Of a DNA stretch of 64,000 nt, positions 8,536 through 18,910 are shown one piece after another (position 1 is the stretch's first letter; each line of letters begins with the position of its first letter). The position numbers and the translations under genes are program-made. The notes beneath the pieces were generated by a model, which worked only from the letters and a program-made list of their open reading frames with translations, made no database searches and had not been told where the DNA came from. This DNA comes from an uncultured Anaerotruncus sp. (lineage in GTDB: Bacteria; Bacillota; Clostridia; Oscillospirales; CAG-272), in assembly GCA_902461815.1 (NCBI GenBank), contig CABPZE010000002.1, positions 187,177 to 251,176 of the forward strand, read 5' to 3'.

Positions 8536-9870
8536 TTATCCCTCCGACCTTTCCTCCATGACGCTCATATATGCCGGACGGATTATTTTATCCATGCATA
8601 TCAGCTCCTCAATGCGGTGCGCGCTCCAACCGACTATTCTCGCAATGGCGAACATCGCAGTATAAAGCTCCTTCGGTATGCCCAGCATATCATAAACAAA
8701 GCCGCTGTAAAAGTCCACATTCGGGCTGACCCCCTTGTAAATATGGCGGTTCTTTGCGATAAGCTCGGGTGCAAGCTCCTCCACGTTTTTATACAGCTCC
8801 AGATCCTTCTCCCTGCCCTTCTCGGCGGCGAGCTTATTAACATATCCTTTGAAGACCCGCTCGCGCGGGTCTGACAGCGAATAAACTGCGTGTCCCATAC
8901 CGTATATAAGTCCCTTGCGGTCAAAGGCTTCCTTATTGATTATTTTGGCCAGATAAGCCGCAAGCTCGTCCTTATCCGAATAATCGGAAACATGACTACG
9001 GATATCCTCCATCATTTCCATGACCTTGATATTTGCTCCGCCGTGTTTAGGACCTTTGAGCGACGACATTGCCGCCGCCACGGTAGAATATGTGTCCGAC
9101 CCCGATGAGGTGATTACACGTGTTGTGAAAGTAGAGTTGTTCCCGCCGCCGTGCTCCATATGCAGAATAAGCGCCGTATCAAGCACCTTTGCCTCGGTTG
9201 CGGTGTATTTCTGATCCGGGCGAAGCATCATGAGGAAATTTTCCGCAGTTGACAGCTTCGGGTCCGGACGGTGAATTATCATGCTGCCCATGTTATCGTA
9301 ATAATTATAAGCATGATAGGCATAAACCGCAAGCAGTGGAAACTCGCTTATCATCTGAATACACTGCCGCAGCGAGTTGCTTACACTTGTGTCATTAGCC
9401 TTCTCGTCGTAAGATGCAAGCGTAAGAATGCTTCGCGTCATGGAATTCATAATATCTCCGCTTGGAGCCTTCATTATCACATCTCTTGTGAAATTAGTCG
9501 GAAGCGTTCTGCATTTTCCTATAAGCCGCCGGAATTCCCCCGCCGTTTTTTCGTCCGGCATTTCCCCCATCAGAAGCAGATACGCTACCTTCTCATATCC
9601 CAGCGCGTTCTCCCCGAGGCTGCCTAACAGATCTTCCACGCGATAGCCGCGATACCACAGCTGACCGTCGCATGAAACCTTCCTGCCGTCTCTGAATTCC
9701 GACGATACGATTTTTGATATATTGGTAAGACCGGCAAGAACACCGTTCCCGTTTTCGTCGCGCAATCCCTTTTTAACACCGTACTCCTCGTAAAGCCGCG
9801 GCGCAATGCTGTCATTTTTGCGGCACACCTGCTCCATGTCCGCCGCGTAATCACCAAGCTTCAAAGACAT
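8536..9870 (-). CDS. citrate synthase
   Basis: 444 aa with GMGHAVYSLSDPR and SPNVDFYSG citrate synthase signatures. The ATG overlaps the stop of the upstream MarR gene. Confidence 0.9.
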   Translation of the reverse strand: MSLKLGDYAADMEQVCRKNDSIAPRLYEEYGVKKGLRDENGNGVLAGLTNISKIVSSEFRDGRKVSCDGQLWYRGYRVEDLLGSLGENALGYEKVAYLLLMGEMPDEKTAGEFRRLIGKCRTLPTNFTRDVIMKAPSGDIMNSMTRSILTLASYDEKANDTSVSNSLRQCIQMISEFPLLAVYAYHAYNYYDNMGSMIIHRPDPKLSTAENFLMMLRPDQKYTATEAKVLDTALILHMEHGGGNNSTFTTRVITSSGSDTYSTVAAAMSSLKGPKHGGANIKVMEMMEDIRSHVSDYSDKDELAAYLAKIINKEAFDRKGLIYGMGHAVYSLSDPRERVFKGYVNKLAAEKGREKDLELYKNVEELAPELIAKNRHIYKGVSPNVDFYSGFVYDMLGIPKELYTAMFAIARIVGWSAHRIEELICMDKIIRPAYMSVMEERSEG

Positions 9871-10349
9871 CAGTCATTTTCCCCTTTTTCACTTAATTCT
9901 CTGTCCATAACAATCTCAAGCTCCTCCATCAGGCTGAACAGGGCGACCAGCTTTTTCTCACCGAATTTTTCAATGACTCTGCTGTAGTAATTTTTAAGCA
10001 CCGCCTCCTGACGCTCCACAAGTCCGGCTCCGGAAGCGGTAACGCTGACATAGGTTCCGTCGCTCCCGTTGCCGTCATGCCCCCATGATATCAATCCCTT
10101 ATCGCGAAGCGCACCTATCATCGCTGAGGTTTTTGGAATTGACAGATGCAGCTCCTCTGCAATATCCTTAAGGTACGTCCTTTGAGCGCCGTCGCTCTTT
10201 TGTGATACAGAATTGAAAATACAGTGCAGAGCAACATATTCCGGCACTGATATATCCCTGAACAAGCCTGCCGCCTGTCCCTGCGTGAACATATATCTGT
10301 GATATGTTAGTTCGTTTGAAAGCTGGGCAAGTTCCTGATTATTGATCAT
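9870..10349 (-). CDS. MarR family transcriptional regulator (second of two)
   Basis: Winged-HTH MarR-like sequence. Internal ATG 10349 (MINNQELAQL) has an AAGGAGGAAACC RBS, which the ORF-track start at 10382 lacks. The stop overlaps the citrate synthase ATG (TGATG). Confidence 0.8.
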   Translation of the reverse strand: MINNQELAQLSNELTYHRYMFTQGQAAGLFRDISVPEYVALHCIFNSVSQKSDGAQRTYLKDIAEELHLSIPKTSAMIGALRDKGLISWGHDGNGSDGTYVSVTASGAGLVERQEAVLKNYYSRVIEKFGEKKLVALFSLMEELEIVMDRELSEKGEND

Positions 10350-10800
10350 GGTTTCCTCCTTTTTTATAATTGTGATCGTCAAGGTATTCGTTGATGTTCC
10401 CTGTCATTCTCTGAATATAGTTTTTAAATGTATTCAACTCGTCATCGGAAAAACCACGGCAGATGACTGATACGAATTCATCCTGAGCGCGTTCGCCTGC
10501 ACGGATTATTTCATTGCTTTTTTCGCAAAGTCCAAGATGTATGGTCCTTCTGTCGTGCCCCGCATAGCTTCCCGTGATATATCCGCGCTCCTCAAGGTCT
10601 CTTACCGAAGCCGAAACATGTGACTTGGCGATTTTAAGTCTTTCGACTATATCCGTTGCTGTATCACTGCTCTTATTCCTGTAAAGAAAAAGCAGAACAA
10701 GCATTTCCGCATGCGTAATATTATATTTTTCGCATACCGAGCTGAAAAGCATTGACTGAAGCTCTCGGCTGGCATACATATTTTCAAATATCCTGTTCAT
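10339..10800 (-). CDS. MarR family transcriptional regulator (first of two)
   Basis: MarR wHTH (THAEMLVLLFLYRN...DIVERLKIAKSHVSASVRDLEERGYI). The GGAG RBS favours ATG 10800 (MNRIFEN) over the track's TTG 10812. Confidence 0.8.
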   Translation of the reverse strand: MNRIFENMYASRELQSMLFSSVCEKYNITHAEMLVLLFLYRNKSSDTATDIVERLKIAKSHVSASVRDLEERGYITGSYAGHDRRTIHLGLCEKSNEIIRAGERAQDEFVSVICRGFSDDELNTFKNYIQRMTGNINEYLDDHNYKKGGNHDQ

Positions 10801-10849
10801 GTTATTCTCCAATAGTGCGTTTTGGAACTGTTCTTTTTTGAACTATTAT

Positions 10850-10878
10850 ATTGTAGCATTAAACCGCGACACTGTCAA
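10850..10878 (-). promoter_or_regulatory. SigA-type promoter of the marR-marR-citrate synthase operon
   Basis: Minus strand TTGACA (10878-10873), 17 nt, TACAAT (10855-10850). Confidence 0.65.
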
Positions 10879-11007
10879 GCCTGCGTAAAAATATGTTACC
10901 GATATTTCATATTATTTTATAAAATCAAAAAATATTCGATATGCCAAAAAGCCGCCGCAAACGGCAGCTTTTTGATATGCTTTGATCCCTATTCAATCGT
11001 GATCTAT

Positions 11008-11047
11008 GCAAAAAAAATTGGGGGCTGTTGCCTTACGCAACAGCCCC
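11008..11047 (-). terminator. Rho-independent terminator ending the alpha operon (after rplQ)
   Basis: Stem GGGGCTGTTGC / GCAACAGCCCC with a 5-nt loop, then CAATTTTTTTTGC on the minus strand. Confidence 0.85.
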
Positions 11048-11089
11048 GGCGGGATATTATTCCCTTATTTAACTTCAGTCAGTGCAGAC

Positions 11090-11536
11090 TTACTCAGCCT
11101 TGGCTTCTTCGGTCTTTTCTTCGACCTTTTCCTCAGCCTTTTCAGCAGCCTTGGCGGCTTTCTTCTTGCTCTTCTCATCGGGTGCTTCAACACTCTTGGT
11201 CAGAGTGATGAGAGCCATCTCTGCGGCGTCACCGCGACGGGGACCAAGCTTGTAAATAGCGGTGTAACCGCCGTTTACGTCGGCAAAAAGAGGAGCGATC
11301 TGTGTGAACAGCTTGGTAACTACCTCTTCCTTGGTTATATAAGCAAGAGCGGCACGACGGCTTGCAAGTGTATTTTCTTTGCCGAGAGTAATCATCTTCT
11401 CAGCCATCGCGCGAACTTCCTTCGCGCGGGTGAGAGTTGTCTCGACCTTACCGTTCTCGAGCAGATAAGTCACAAGCCCGCGAAGCATCGCGTTTCTGTG
11501 AGCTGTGGGTCTGCCGAGCTTTCTGGTTCCGGGCAT
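11090..11536 (-). CDS. rplQ: 50S ribosomal protein L17 (bL17) with K/A/E-rich C-terminal tail
   Basis: 148 aa starting [21 protein letters not shown]. Follows rpoA. Confidence 0.95.
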   Translation of the reverse strand: MPGTRKLGRPTAHRNAMLRGLVTYLLENGKVETTLTRAKEVRAMAEKMITLGKENTLASRRAALAYITKEEVVTKLFTQIAPLFADVNGGYTAIYKLGPRRGDAAEMALITLTKSVEAPDEKSKKKAAKAAEKAEEKVEEKTEEAKAE

Positions 11537-11592
11537 CTTATGCTCCCTCCTTAAATGTTTCTTTTCGTTTCGCTGTTACCCGTTGCTCGGTC

Positions 11593-12570
11593 TTATTCCT
11601 CGTCCTTGCGCAAACCGAGGCCGAGCGACTGGAGCTTTTGGGTGACTTCTTCAAGCGATTTCTTACCGAGGTTGCGAACCTTTATCATTTCCTCCTCGGA
11701 GCGGCTGACAAGATCAGAAACCGTGTCGATTCCCGCGCGCTTCAGACAGTTGAAGCTGCGCACGGACAGGTCAAGATCCTCAATGGTCATCTCAAGAACC
11801 TTCTCTTTGGGGCTTTCGCCGCTAATAACCATTATCTCAGCGTTCTTTGCTTCATCCGACAAATCCACAAACAAGTTGAGATGCTCGTTGAGAATCTTGG
11901 CGCCGAGTGAAATCGCTTCTTTTGCCGTTATCGTCCCATTTGTCAGGACTTCAAGCGTCAGCTTATCGTAGTCGGCGATGTTGCTTCCTACACGGGTGTT
12001 TTCCACTGTATAGCTGACATTGTAAACAGGTGTGTATATAGAATCGGTGTAGATAAGACCAAGCGGCGCCGTTACATTGGGTCCGTAGGCATCGGCATGG
12101 AGCAGCTTGTTGCGTTCCTGCGACACATAGCCGCGTCCGCACTCAAAGGTAAGCTCGGCAAACAGATGTCCACCCTCGGACAACGTTGCAAGGTGATGAT
12201 CTGCATTAAGAATTTCAATATCCGAATCCTGTTTTATGTCGCCCGCAACTACTTCGCAGGGTCCCGTTACGTCAAGAATGACGGTCTTGGGAGCCGAAGT
12301 GTGAAGCTTTGCAACAATACCCTTGACATTGAGGACCAATTCAGTCATGTCCTCGGTCATGCCGGGAACAGTTGAGAATTCGTGAAGCACGCCGTCAACC
12401 TTGATAGATGTAACGGCAACTCCGGGAAGCGAGCTGAGCAGTACACGTCTGAGCGAGTTGCCCAGAGTGATGCCATAACCGCGCTCCAAAGGCTCGATCA
12501 CGAATTTACCAGATCTTCCGTCCTCGTTAAGGTCTACTGTTGCAATATTGGGCTTTTCTATTTCAATCAT
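11593..12570 (-). CDS. rpoA: DNA-directed RNA polymerase subunit alpha
   Basis: The track ORF starts at TTG 12588. A GGAGGG RBS lies 9 nt before the internal ATG ([12 protein letters not shown]). Alpha-CTD motif [13 protein letters not shown] is present. Confidence 0.95.
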   Translation of the reverse strand: MIEIEKPNIATVDLNEDGRSGKFVIEPLERGYGITLGNSLRRVLLSSLPGVAVTSIKVDGVLHEFSTVPGMTEDMTELVLNVKGIVAKLHTSAPKTVILDVTGPCEVVAGDIKQDSDIEILNADHHLATLSEGGHLFAELTFECGRGYVSQERNKLLHADAYGPNVTAPLGLIYTDSIYTPVYNVSYTVENTRVGSNIADYDKLTLEVLTNGTITAKEAISLGAKILNEHLNLFVDLSDEAKNAEIMVISGESPKEKVLEMTIEDLDLSVRSFNCLKRAGIDTVSDLVSRSEEEMIKVRNLGKKSLEEVTQKLQSLGLGLRKDEE

Positions 12571-12697
12571 TCCAAATATACCCTCCAACTATAAATTTCA
12601 GCTTGCGTTTTTAATGCTTGCGTAATGGTTGATACCGAATAGTCTCCGCCGCCGGTGTCGGTTCCGGCATACCGGAGAAATTCTTCGGCAGCCGGTA

Positions 12698-13324
12698 TTA
12701 CTTGGAATAGAGCTCGACGATAAGCTGCTCGTTGAAGCTCTGCTCGATGTCGTCTCTGGCAGGGAGCGCTACGACCTTGGCGGTGCAGTCGGTCTTGTTG
12801 ACCTCAAGCCACTTGGGAGCGTTCTTGCTCTCCATCGACTCGATAAGCTGCTTTATTCTCTCGCTCTTGCGGCTGCTCTCAGCAACACTGATAACATCAC
12901 CGACTCTGAGACGGTATGAGGGAATATTGACTTTCTTGCCGTTGACAAGGATGTGGGCGTGAAGAACTATCTGACGGGTCTCCTTGCGGCTGTCGCCGAT
13001 GCCCATTCTGTATACGGCGTTGTCAAGTCTACGTTCAAGAAGGATAAGCAGGTTTTCACCGGTCATGCCCTCAAGACGGTCAGCTTCCTGGAAGTAGTTG
13101 TTGAACTGCTTCTCGAGAAGACCGTAGTATCTCTTGACTTTCTGCTTCTCACGAAGCTGAACGCCATATTCTCTCTGTTTCTTTCTGGCGGCACCATGCT
13201 GACCGGGAGCAACAGGTCTGCGCTCAAATGCGCATTTATCGCTCAGGCAGCGATCGCCCTTAAGGTAGAGCTTGGCGCCTTCTCTGCGGCAGATCTTGCA
13301 GGCAGAGCCAATATATCTTGCCAT
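12698..13324 (-). CDS. rpsD: 30S ribosomal protein S4 (uS4)
   Basis: 208 aa starting [26 protein letters not shown]. Confidence 0.95.
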   Translation of the reverse strand: MARYIGSACKICRREGAKLYLKGDRCLSDKCAFERRPVAPGQHGAARKKQREYGVQLREKQKVKRYYGLLEKQFNNYFQEADRLEGMTGENLLILLERRLDNAVYRMGIGDSRKETRQIVLHAHILVNGKKVNIPSYRLRVGDVISVAESSRKSERIKQLIESMESKNAPKWLEVNKTDCTAKVVALPARDDIEQSFNEQLIVELYSK

Positions 13325-13354
13325 TCTCTGGTTCCTCCTATAATGTGTTTTTCA

Positions 13355-13756
13355 TCAAACGCGGCGGCGTTTGGGCGGACGGCATCCGTTGTGCGGAACA
13401 GGAGTGACGTCCTTGATCATGGTGATCTGAAGACCGACGGTCTCAAGCGCACGGATCGCAGACTCACGTCCCGAGCCGGGACCTCTGACATACACCTCAA
13501 CCGACTTAAGTCCATGCTCGATGGCAGCCTTTGCGGCAGTTTCGGAGGCAGACTGTGCGGCAAACGGAGTGGACTTTCTTGAGCCCTTGAAGCCAAGCTC
13601 TCCGGCAGATGCCCACGAAATAGCGTTGCCTTCCATATCGGTTATGGTGACGATGGTATTGTTGAAGGTCGCGCGGATGTGTACCTGACCGAACTGTATA
13701 TTTTTACGTTCGCGGCGCTTTTTGATGACCTTCTTAGCGGCAGAAACATTAGCCAT
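13355..13756 (-). CDS. rpsK: 30S ribosomal protein S11 (uS11)
   Basis: 133 aa containing [15 protein letters not shown]. Confidence 0.95.
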   Translation of the reverse strand: MANVSAAKKVIKKRRERKNIQFGQVHIRATFNNTIVTITDMEGNAISWASAGELGFKGSRKSTPFAAQSASETAAKAAIEHGLKSVEVYVRGPGSGRESAIRALETVGLQITMIKDVTPVPHNGCRPPKRRRV

Positions 13757-13769
13757 TTCTTATGCTCCT

Positions 13770-14138
13770 TTACTTCTTCTTGTTCGCGATGGTCTTCGCC
13801 GGACCTTTGCGGGTTCTTGCATTGGTCTTGGTTCTCTGACCTCTGACCGGGAGACCTTTTCTGTGTCTGATACCGCGGTAGCAGTTGATTTCAACAAGAC
13901 GCTTGATATTGAGAGCCACGTCACGGCGGAGGTCACCCTCGACCACGTAGTTGTTCTCGATCTCATCACGCAGCTTGGCAATCTGCTCTTCGGTCAGATC
14001 CTTGGAACGGGTATCGGGATCGATGCCAGTCTTCACAAGGATATCGTTGGCGCTCTTGCGTCCAATACCGTAAATGTAGGTAAGGGCGATCTCAACGCGC
14101 TTCTGATTAGGAATATCAACACCAGCTATACGAGCCAT
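13770..14138 (-). CDS. rpsM: 30S ribosomal protein S13 (uS13)
   Basis: 122 aa starting [26 protein letters not shown]. Confidence 0.95.
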   Translation of the reverse strand: MARIAGVDIPNQKRVEIALTYIYGIGRKSANDILVKTGIDPDTRSKDLTEEQIAKLRDEIENNYVVEGDLRRDVALNIKRLVEINCYRGIRHRKGLPVRGQRTKTNARTRKGPAKTIANKKK

Positions 14139-14171
14139 TCTGTTTGATCCTTTCTTCTACTGTGTGTTTGC

Positions 14172-14285
14172 TCAACCCTGACGCTGTTTGTGCTTGGGGT
14201 TTTCGCATATGACCATTATCCGGCCATGTCTTTTGATGATCTTGCATTTTTCGCAGATCTTCTTAACGGATGGCTTTACTTTCAT
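14172..14285 (-). CDS. rpmJ: 50S ribosomal protein L36 (bL36, Zn-binding form)
   Basis: Missed by the ORF track because it is under 60 aa. My translation is [37 protein letters not shown], 38 codons, in the canonical position between infA and rpsM. Confidence 0.9.
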   Translation of the reverse strand: MKVKPSVKKICEKCKIIKRHGRIMVICENPKHKQRQG

Positions 14286-14326
14286 TTATTTGACCATACC
14301 TTTCTGAATTTTTGCAGCGAACTCTA

Positions 14327-14545
14327 TCATTTCGCACGCCAGGTGATGCGTCCCTTGGTAAGGTCGTAGACCGAAACCTCAACGGTCACGTGGTCGCCGG
14401 GCAGGATCCTGATATAGTTCATTCTCAACTTTCCCGATATGTGTGCGGTCACTATATGACCGTTCGGGAGCTGCACCTTGAATACCGTATTCGGCAGTGC
14501 GTCAATAACGGTACCCTCAAACTCGATTACATCATCTTTAGGCAA
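14327..14545 (-). CDS. infA: translation initiation factor IF-1
   Basis: 72 aa starting [26 protein letters not shown]. Confidence 0.95.
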   Translation of the reverse strand: MPKDDVIEFEGTVIDALPNTVFKVQLPNGHIVTAHISGKLRMNYIRILPGDHVTVEVSVYDLTKGRITWRAK

Positions 14546-14570
14546 GTTCTATTTCCTCCTAATTCATTAA

Positions 14571-15320
14571 TCAGACCGCCGTCATGATAACGGGACCGTC
14601 CGCGGTCAGTGCAACCGTGTTTTCGTAGTGCGCCGACAGTGTTCCGTCTGCGGTCTTTACCGTCCAGCCGTCACTCATGTCCCGCACCTCGGGACGCCCC
14701 ATATTCACCATAGGTTCAATTGCCAGTGTCATGCCTGTGCAAAGCCTTACTCCGCGTCCGGCTGTCCCGAAATTCGGAACCTCCGGATCTTCGTGAAGCT
14801 CATGCCCCACACCGTGACCGATGTATCTGCGGACGACTGAGAAGCCCTCCGCCTCAACACGGCTCTGGATCGCATGACCGATATCCCCAATGCGGTTCCC
14901 CTCGCGGAATTTCTCTACCCCGCAGAAGAAGCTGCTCTCGGTTGTTTCAATAAGCTTTTTTACATCCTCACTGACCCGACCGACCGGGATCGTGCGAGCC
15001 ATGTCTCCGGTATATCCGTGATAGAAGGCTCCGACGTCTATCTTCACGATGTCCCCTTCAAAAAGAATTTTCTTTTTTGAGGGTATGCCGTGTATGACCT
15101 CGTCGTTGACACTGATACATGCGCTTCCGGGAAATCCGCCGTATCCGAGGAAGGTCGGCTTTGCACCGCGCTTCTCGATATATTGGCGGATGACCCGGTC
15201 GATATCCCATGTGCTGACGCCCTCGCGTATCATCTTTATCGCCTCCGCCATTGCCTCGGCGGTGATACGGCACGCGTCGCTCATCTCGGCTATCTGCTGT
15301 GTGTTTTTGATTGGAATCAT
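14571..15320 (-). CDS. map: type I methionine aminopeptidase
   Basis: 249 aa containing FHGYTGD and HGVGHELHE metal-site contexts. Follows adk. Confidence 0.92.
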   Translation of the reverse strand: MIPIKNTQQIAEMSDACRITAEAMAEAIKMIREGVSTWDIDRVIRQYIEKRGAKPTFLGYGGFPGSACISVNDEVIHGIPSKKKILFEGDIVKIDVGAFYHGYTGDMARTIPVGRVSEDVKKLIETTESSFFCGVEKFREGNRIGDIGHAIQSRVEAEGFSVVRRYIGHGVGHELHEDPEVPNFGTAGRGVRLCTGMTLAIEPMVNMGRPEVRDMSDGWTVKTADGTLSAHYENTVALTADGPVIMTAV

Positions 15321-15321
15321 A

Positions 15322-15960
15322 TTACTTGCCCACCGAAGCCAATGCTTTCTCGACCAGAGCGGTGGTATCCTCCACCTTCTCCTGTCCCTCGACGCAGATC
15401 AGAAGACCGCGACGGCGGTAGAAATCGAGCAGCGGCTCGGTTTGCCTGTGATAGGTTTCAAGGCGCTTTGCGACTGTCTCGGCGGAATCGTCAGCACGAA
15501 CGACGAGCTCCCTGCCGCATTTATCGCATTTGCCTTCTTCCTTGGGAGGAAGATACTCGGTATGATAGGACATTCCGCAGTCGCAAACGCGGCGTCCGCT
15601 CATCCGCCGGATTATTCTTTCGTCGCTTACCTCAATTGAGAGAACTGCGTCAATACGCACTCCCATATTCTCAAGCGCTTCTGCCTGAGCGATGGTGCGC
15701 GGAAAGCCGTCAAGGATGAAGCCGCGGCGGCAATCATCCGAGACAAGATAGTCCCTTACGATCCCGTTCACGACCTCGTCGGGCACCAGAGCGCCGGCAT
15801 CCATAAAGGACTTTGCCTTGATGCCAAGCTCTGTTCCCGCCTTGATTGCTCCGCGAAGTATCTGACCTGTCGAAATGGCAGGTATTTCTTCTCTTTTTGA
15901 GATAAGCTCCGCCTGTGTTCCCTTGCCCGCTCCGGGGGCGCCCATTATAATTAAATTCAT
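15322..15960 (-). CDS. adk: adenylate kinase
   Basis: The track ORF is N-terminally over-extended. ATG 15960 (MNLIIMGAPGAGKGTQ, P-loop) has a GGAGGAAC RBS. Cys-rich lid CDCG...CDKCG. Confidence 0.93.
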   Translation of the reverse strand: MNLIIMGAPGAGKGTQAELISKREEIPAISTGQILRGAIKAGTELGIKAKSFMDAGALVPDEVVNGIVRDYLVSDDCRRGFILDGFPRTIAQAEALENMGVRIDAVLSIEVSDERIIRRMSGRRVCDCGMSYHTEYLPPKEEGKCDKCGRELVVRADDSAETVAKRLETYHRQTEPLLDFYRRRGLLICVEGQEKVEDTTALVEKALASVGK

Positions 15961-15988
15961 AACGTTCCTCCGTATGCCGGTAAGGCTA

Positions 15989-17329
15989 TCAGCCAAAGAT
16001 TCCTCTCGACTTCGAACCGCCGTAGTTGCGAAGCGCAACCTGAGCCTCGAGGTCGTGTACTGTCTCAATAGCAACGCCTACAACGATAAGCAGTGAGTTA
16101 CCGCCGAATGCAAGGTTGGAGATCGGGAAGCCCGAAAGTCCGGCATCGGTAAGCAGGCTGTTGATTATCGTGACGATCATCGGCAGTCCGGCAACCACGC
16201 AGAGGAAGAGAGCACCGATAATGGTTACTCTGTTGAGTATCTTTGAGATATAGTTGACGGTAGGTCTGCCCGAGCGAATGCCGGGGATAGAACCGCCGTT
16301 CTGCTGAATGTTGTTTGCAACCTCAACTACATTGAAGGATATCATGATGTAGAAGAAGGAGAAAGCAACGATGAGTACAAGATAAATAAGCAGGTAGATC
16401 CAGGTGTCATAGCTGAACACCTCGGATATCTTGGTCAGCACCTTGCTGTTGGGGAAGAAGCCCGCGAGCGTCGCCGGAATAGAGGCGATGGAGCTGGCAA
16501 AGATAACGGGCATAACGCCTGCCATGTTCATCTTGAGGGGAAGGCTTGAGGATTGACCGCCGTACATCTTGCGTCCCACAACACGCTTTGCGTACTGGAT
16601 GGGTATTCTTCTTTCCGATTCGGTGAACCAGATGATGAATACGATAATGGCAAATGTGATGGCGATGGTAAGAAGTGCAAGTATCAGTCCGACCCAGCTG
16701 AAGCCGCTGAAGCCACCGGCTTTGAAGGTCATAGACCAAAGCTGAGAGATCAGCGTAGGTACGCCGGACACGATGTTAGCAAAGAGTATCATGGAGATGC
16801 CGTTGCCGATACCGTGCTGGTTGATCTTCTCGGCAAGCCACATGATAAGAGATGCACCGCCGCAATAGCAGGCAACTATAACCATTTTGGCAAACCAGTT
16901 AGCGTCGCTGACAAGCCAGCCGTTTGCATCGAGCAGTGTCATATAACCGTATGCTGTGATAAGCGAAAGAGCTACGGTAACATAACGGGTAATTGAAGTG
17001 ATCTTTCTCTGACCTTCTTCACCTTCCTTAGCCAGACGCTCGAGAGCGGGAATGGCTACGGTAAGAAGCTGAATAATGATCTGCGCGGTGATGTAGGGCG
17101 ATACAGAAAGAGCGAACAGAGTGGCTTTTCCGAATGCGTCGCCGGAGAACCAGTTCAGATACTCGAAGATCGAGCCTGCAAAGGCCTCACCGCTGGTGAG
17201 AAGTGATGCGGTAACATAGGGTACGGGGATTTGCGCGCCGAGACGGTAAAGCAGGATGACCATGACGGTGAAAAGCATTTTTCTTCTCAGGTCAGCTATC
17301 TTCCAGGCGTTCTTAAAGGTCGCAAACAT
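15989..17329 (-). CDS. secY: preprotein translocase subunit SecY
   Basis: 446-aa polytopic membrane protein in the canonical position after rplO. Confidence 0.95.
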   Translation of the reverse strand: MFATFKNAWKIADLRRKMLFTVMVILLYRLGAQIPVPYVTASLLTSGEAFAGSIFEYLNWFSGDAFGKATLFALSVSPYITAQIIIQLLTVAIPALERLAKEGEEGQRKITSITRYVTVALSLITAYGYMTLLDANGWLVSDANWFAKMVIVACYCGGASLIMWLAEKINQHGIGNGISMILFANIVSGVPTLISQLWSMTFKAGGFSGFSWVGLILALLTIAITFAIIVFIIWFTESERRIPIQYAKRVVGRKMYGGQSSSLPLKMNMAGVMPVIFASSIASIPATLAGFFPNSKVLTKISEVFSYDTWIYLLIYLVLIVAFSFFYIMISFNVVEVANNIQQNGGSIPGIRSGRPTVNYISKILNRVTIIGALFLCVVAGLPMIVTIINSLLTDAGLSGFPISNLAFGGNSLLIVVGVAIETVHDLEAQVALRNYGGSKSRGIFG

Positions 17330-17331
17330 CC

Positions 17332-17775
17332 TTATACCTCCTCTGCGCTTCCGCCTGCCGCTTCAATCTTTTCCTTGGCGGCAGCAGAGAATTTCGCCGC
17401 CTTTACAGTGAGCTTTTTGGTAAGCTCGCCGCCACCGAGAACCTTAAGTCCGTCGTTTTCCTTGCGGACGATTCTCTTTTCGATAAGAGCCTCAAGATCG
17501 ACGACCGCTCCGTCCTCGAAAACGTTGAGATCCTCAACATTGACGTTGGAATACACGGTTGCAAATCTCTTGTTGGTAAAGCCTCTCTTGGGAAGCTGAC
17601 GGTAGATCGGGAACTGACCGCCCTCAAAGCCGGGGCGTACACCGCCGCCGGAACGGGCGTTCTGACCCTTATGTCCCTTACCTGCGGTCTTGCCGTTGCC
17701 TGAGCCGGTACCTCTGCCCTTGCGGAAGCAGTCCTTTACCGAGCCGGGTGCGGGAGAGAGTTCATGAAGCTTCAT
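17332..17775 (-). CDS. rplO: 50S ribosomal protein L15 (uL15)
   Basis: 147 aa starting [12 protein letters not shown], with a G/K-rich N-terminal region. Confidence 0.95.
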   Translation of the reverse strand: MKLHELSPAPGSVKDCFRKGRGTGSGNGKTAGKGHKGQNARSGGGVRPGFEGGQFPIYRQLPKRGFTNKRFATVYSNVNVEDLNVFEDGAVVDLEALIEKRIVRKENDGLKVLGGGELTKKLTVKAAKFSAAAKEKIEAAGGSAEEV

Positions 17776-17960
17776 TATTTGTCCTCCTTTACGTCTTCGA
17801 CCTTGACCAGGTGCGAAAGAATTCTGACCTTGCCGTCAAGAACAGCGCCTTCCTCATGGATGACACTGTCGCCGACGCGGTGAAGACCCAGCGACGCGGC
17901 AGTTGCCTTCTGATGGGGCTTACGGGCGATAAGGGATCTGACAAGTGTTACCTTTTTCAT
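17775..17960 (-). CDS. rpmD: 50S ribosomal protein L30 (uL30)
   Basis: Internal ATG 17960 gives the 61-aa [26 protein letters not shown]. It overlaps the rpsE stop (ATGA). Confidence 0.9.
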   Translation of the reverse strand: MKKVTLVRSLIARKPHQKATAASLGLHRVGDSVIHEEGAVLDGKVRILSHLVKVEDVKEDK

Positions 17961-18475
17961 TTCGCTGCGCCTCCCTTTACATCGTCGGGTGTGATGTCGC
18001 GGCACTTTGCCACCTCATCAACCGTGCGAAGCGACTTAAGACCTTCCATCGTTGCCTTTACGACGTTGATGGGGTTGTTTGAACGCAGGCACTTTGCGCG
18101 GATGTTTCTGATTCCGGCAGCCTCAAGCACCATTCTTACCTTAGAACCGGCAATGATACCGGTACCGGGGGCAGCGGGCTTGATATGGACCTTACCGGCG
18201 CCGTAAACACCAAGCACCTCGTGGGGGATGGTAGTTCCCTTAAGGGAAACTGTGATCATGTTTTTCTTTGCGTCCGCAATTCCCTTGCTTATCGCTTCGG
18301 GAACCTCGGCAGCCTTTCCGAGTCCTACTCCAACGTGACCGTTTCCGTCACCGACAACCATAAGTGCGGCAAAGCGGGCTACACGACCACCTTTAACGGT
18401 CTTGGAAACACGGTTCAGGGCAACGAGGTTTTCGATATATTCTTTTTCCTCGTAATTGTTGTTTCTGAATGCCAT
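17957..18475 (-). CDS. rpsE: 30S ribosomal protein S5 (uS5)
   Basis: 172 aa containing [15 protein letters not shown]. Confidence 0.95.
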   Translation of the reverse strand: MAFRNNNYEEKEYIENLVALNRVSKTVKGGRVARFAALMVVGDGNGHVGVGLGKAAEVPEAISKGIADAKKNMITVSLKGTTIPHEVLGVYGAGKVHIKPAAPGTGIIAGSKVRMVLEAAGIRNIRAKCLRSNNPINVVKATMEGLKSLRTVDEVAKCRDITPDDVKGGAAK

Positions 18476-18535
18476 AGTTTTCTCCTTGAATGTTCAATTA
18501 TTGAACAGTGTACAAACCGGAAGCAGCCCTAAGGC

Positions 18536-18892
18536 TCAGAACTTCAGGCCGCCCTCACGGGCACCTGCAGCCAGTTCCGATACACGTCCGTGATAAAGAT
18601 AGCCGCCGCGGTCGAATACGACTTCGGTGATACCCTTCTCAGCTGCTCTTTCGGCAATGGTCTTGCCGACCTTTTTTGCAGCTTCCTTGTTGCTTCCGCC
18701 CTCAAAGCCCTTCTCGTAAGAGGACGCCGACGCTAAAGTCACGCCCTTGACGTCGTCAATAATCTGAGCGGAAATGTTTGCGTTTGAGCGATACACAGCC
18801 AGACGCGGACGCTCTGAAGTGCCCGATATCTTGGCTCTGACCCGAATATGTCTTTTAAGACGGGCAGCGTTTTTATCCTTTTTTGAAACCAT
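18536..18892 (-). CDS. rplR: 50S ribosomal protein L18 (uL18)
   Basis: 118 aa containing [20 protein letters not shown]. Confidence 0.95.
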   Translation of the reverse strand: MVSKKDKNAARLKRHIRVRAKISGTSERPRLAVYRSNANISAQIIDDVKGVTLASASSYEKGFEGGSNKEAAKKVGKTIAERAAEKGITEVVFDRGGYLYHGRVSELAAGAREGGLKF

Positions 18893-18910
18893 CTGTGCTC
18901 ACTCCTTTCA

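Noticed and set aside
12953-13582. 209-aa plus-strand ORF, and dozens of similar 60-200-aa ORFs in the track lying antisense to ribosomal protein genes (e.g. 21712-22317, 20948-21505, 25286-25750).
   Set aside because: They fully overlap confidently identified genes on the other strand, have no RBS, and give Arg/Ser/Pro/Ala-rich low-complexity translations typical of shadow ORFs in GC-rich DNA.
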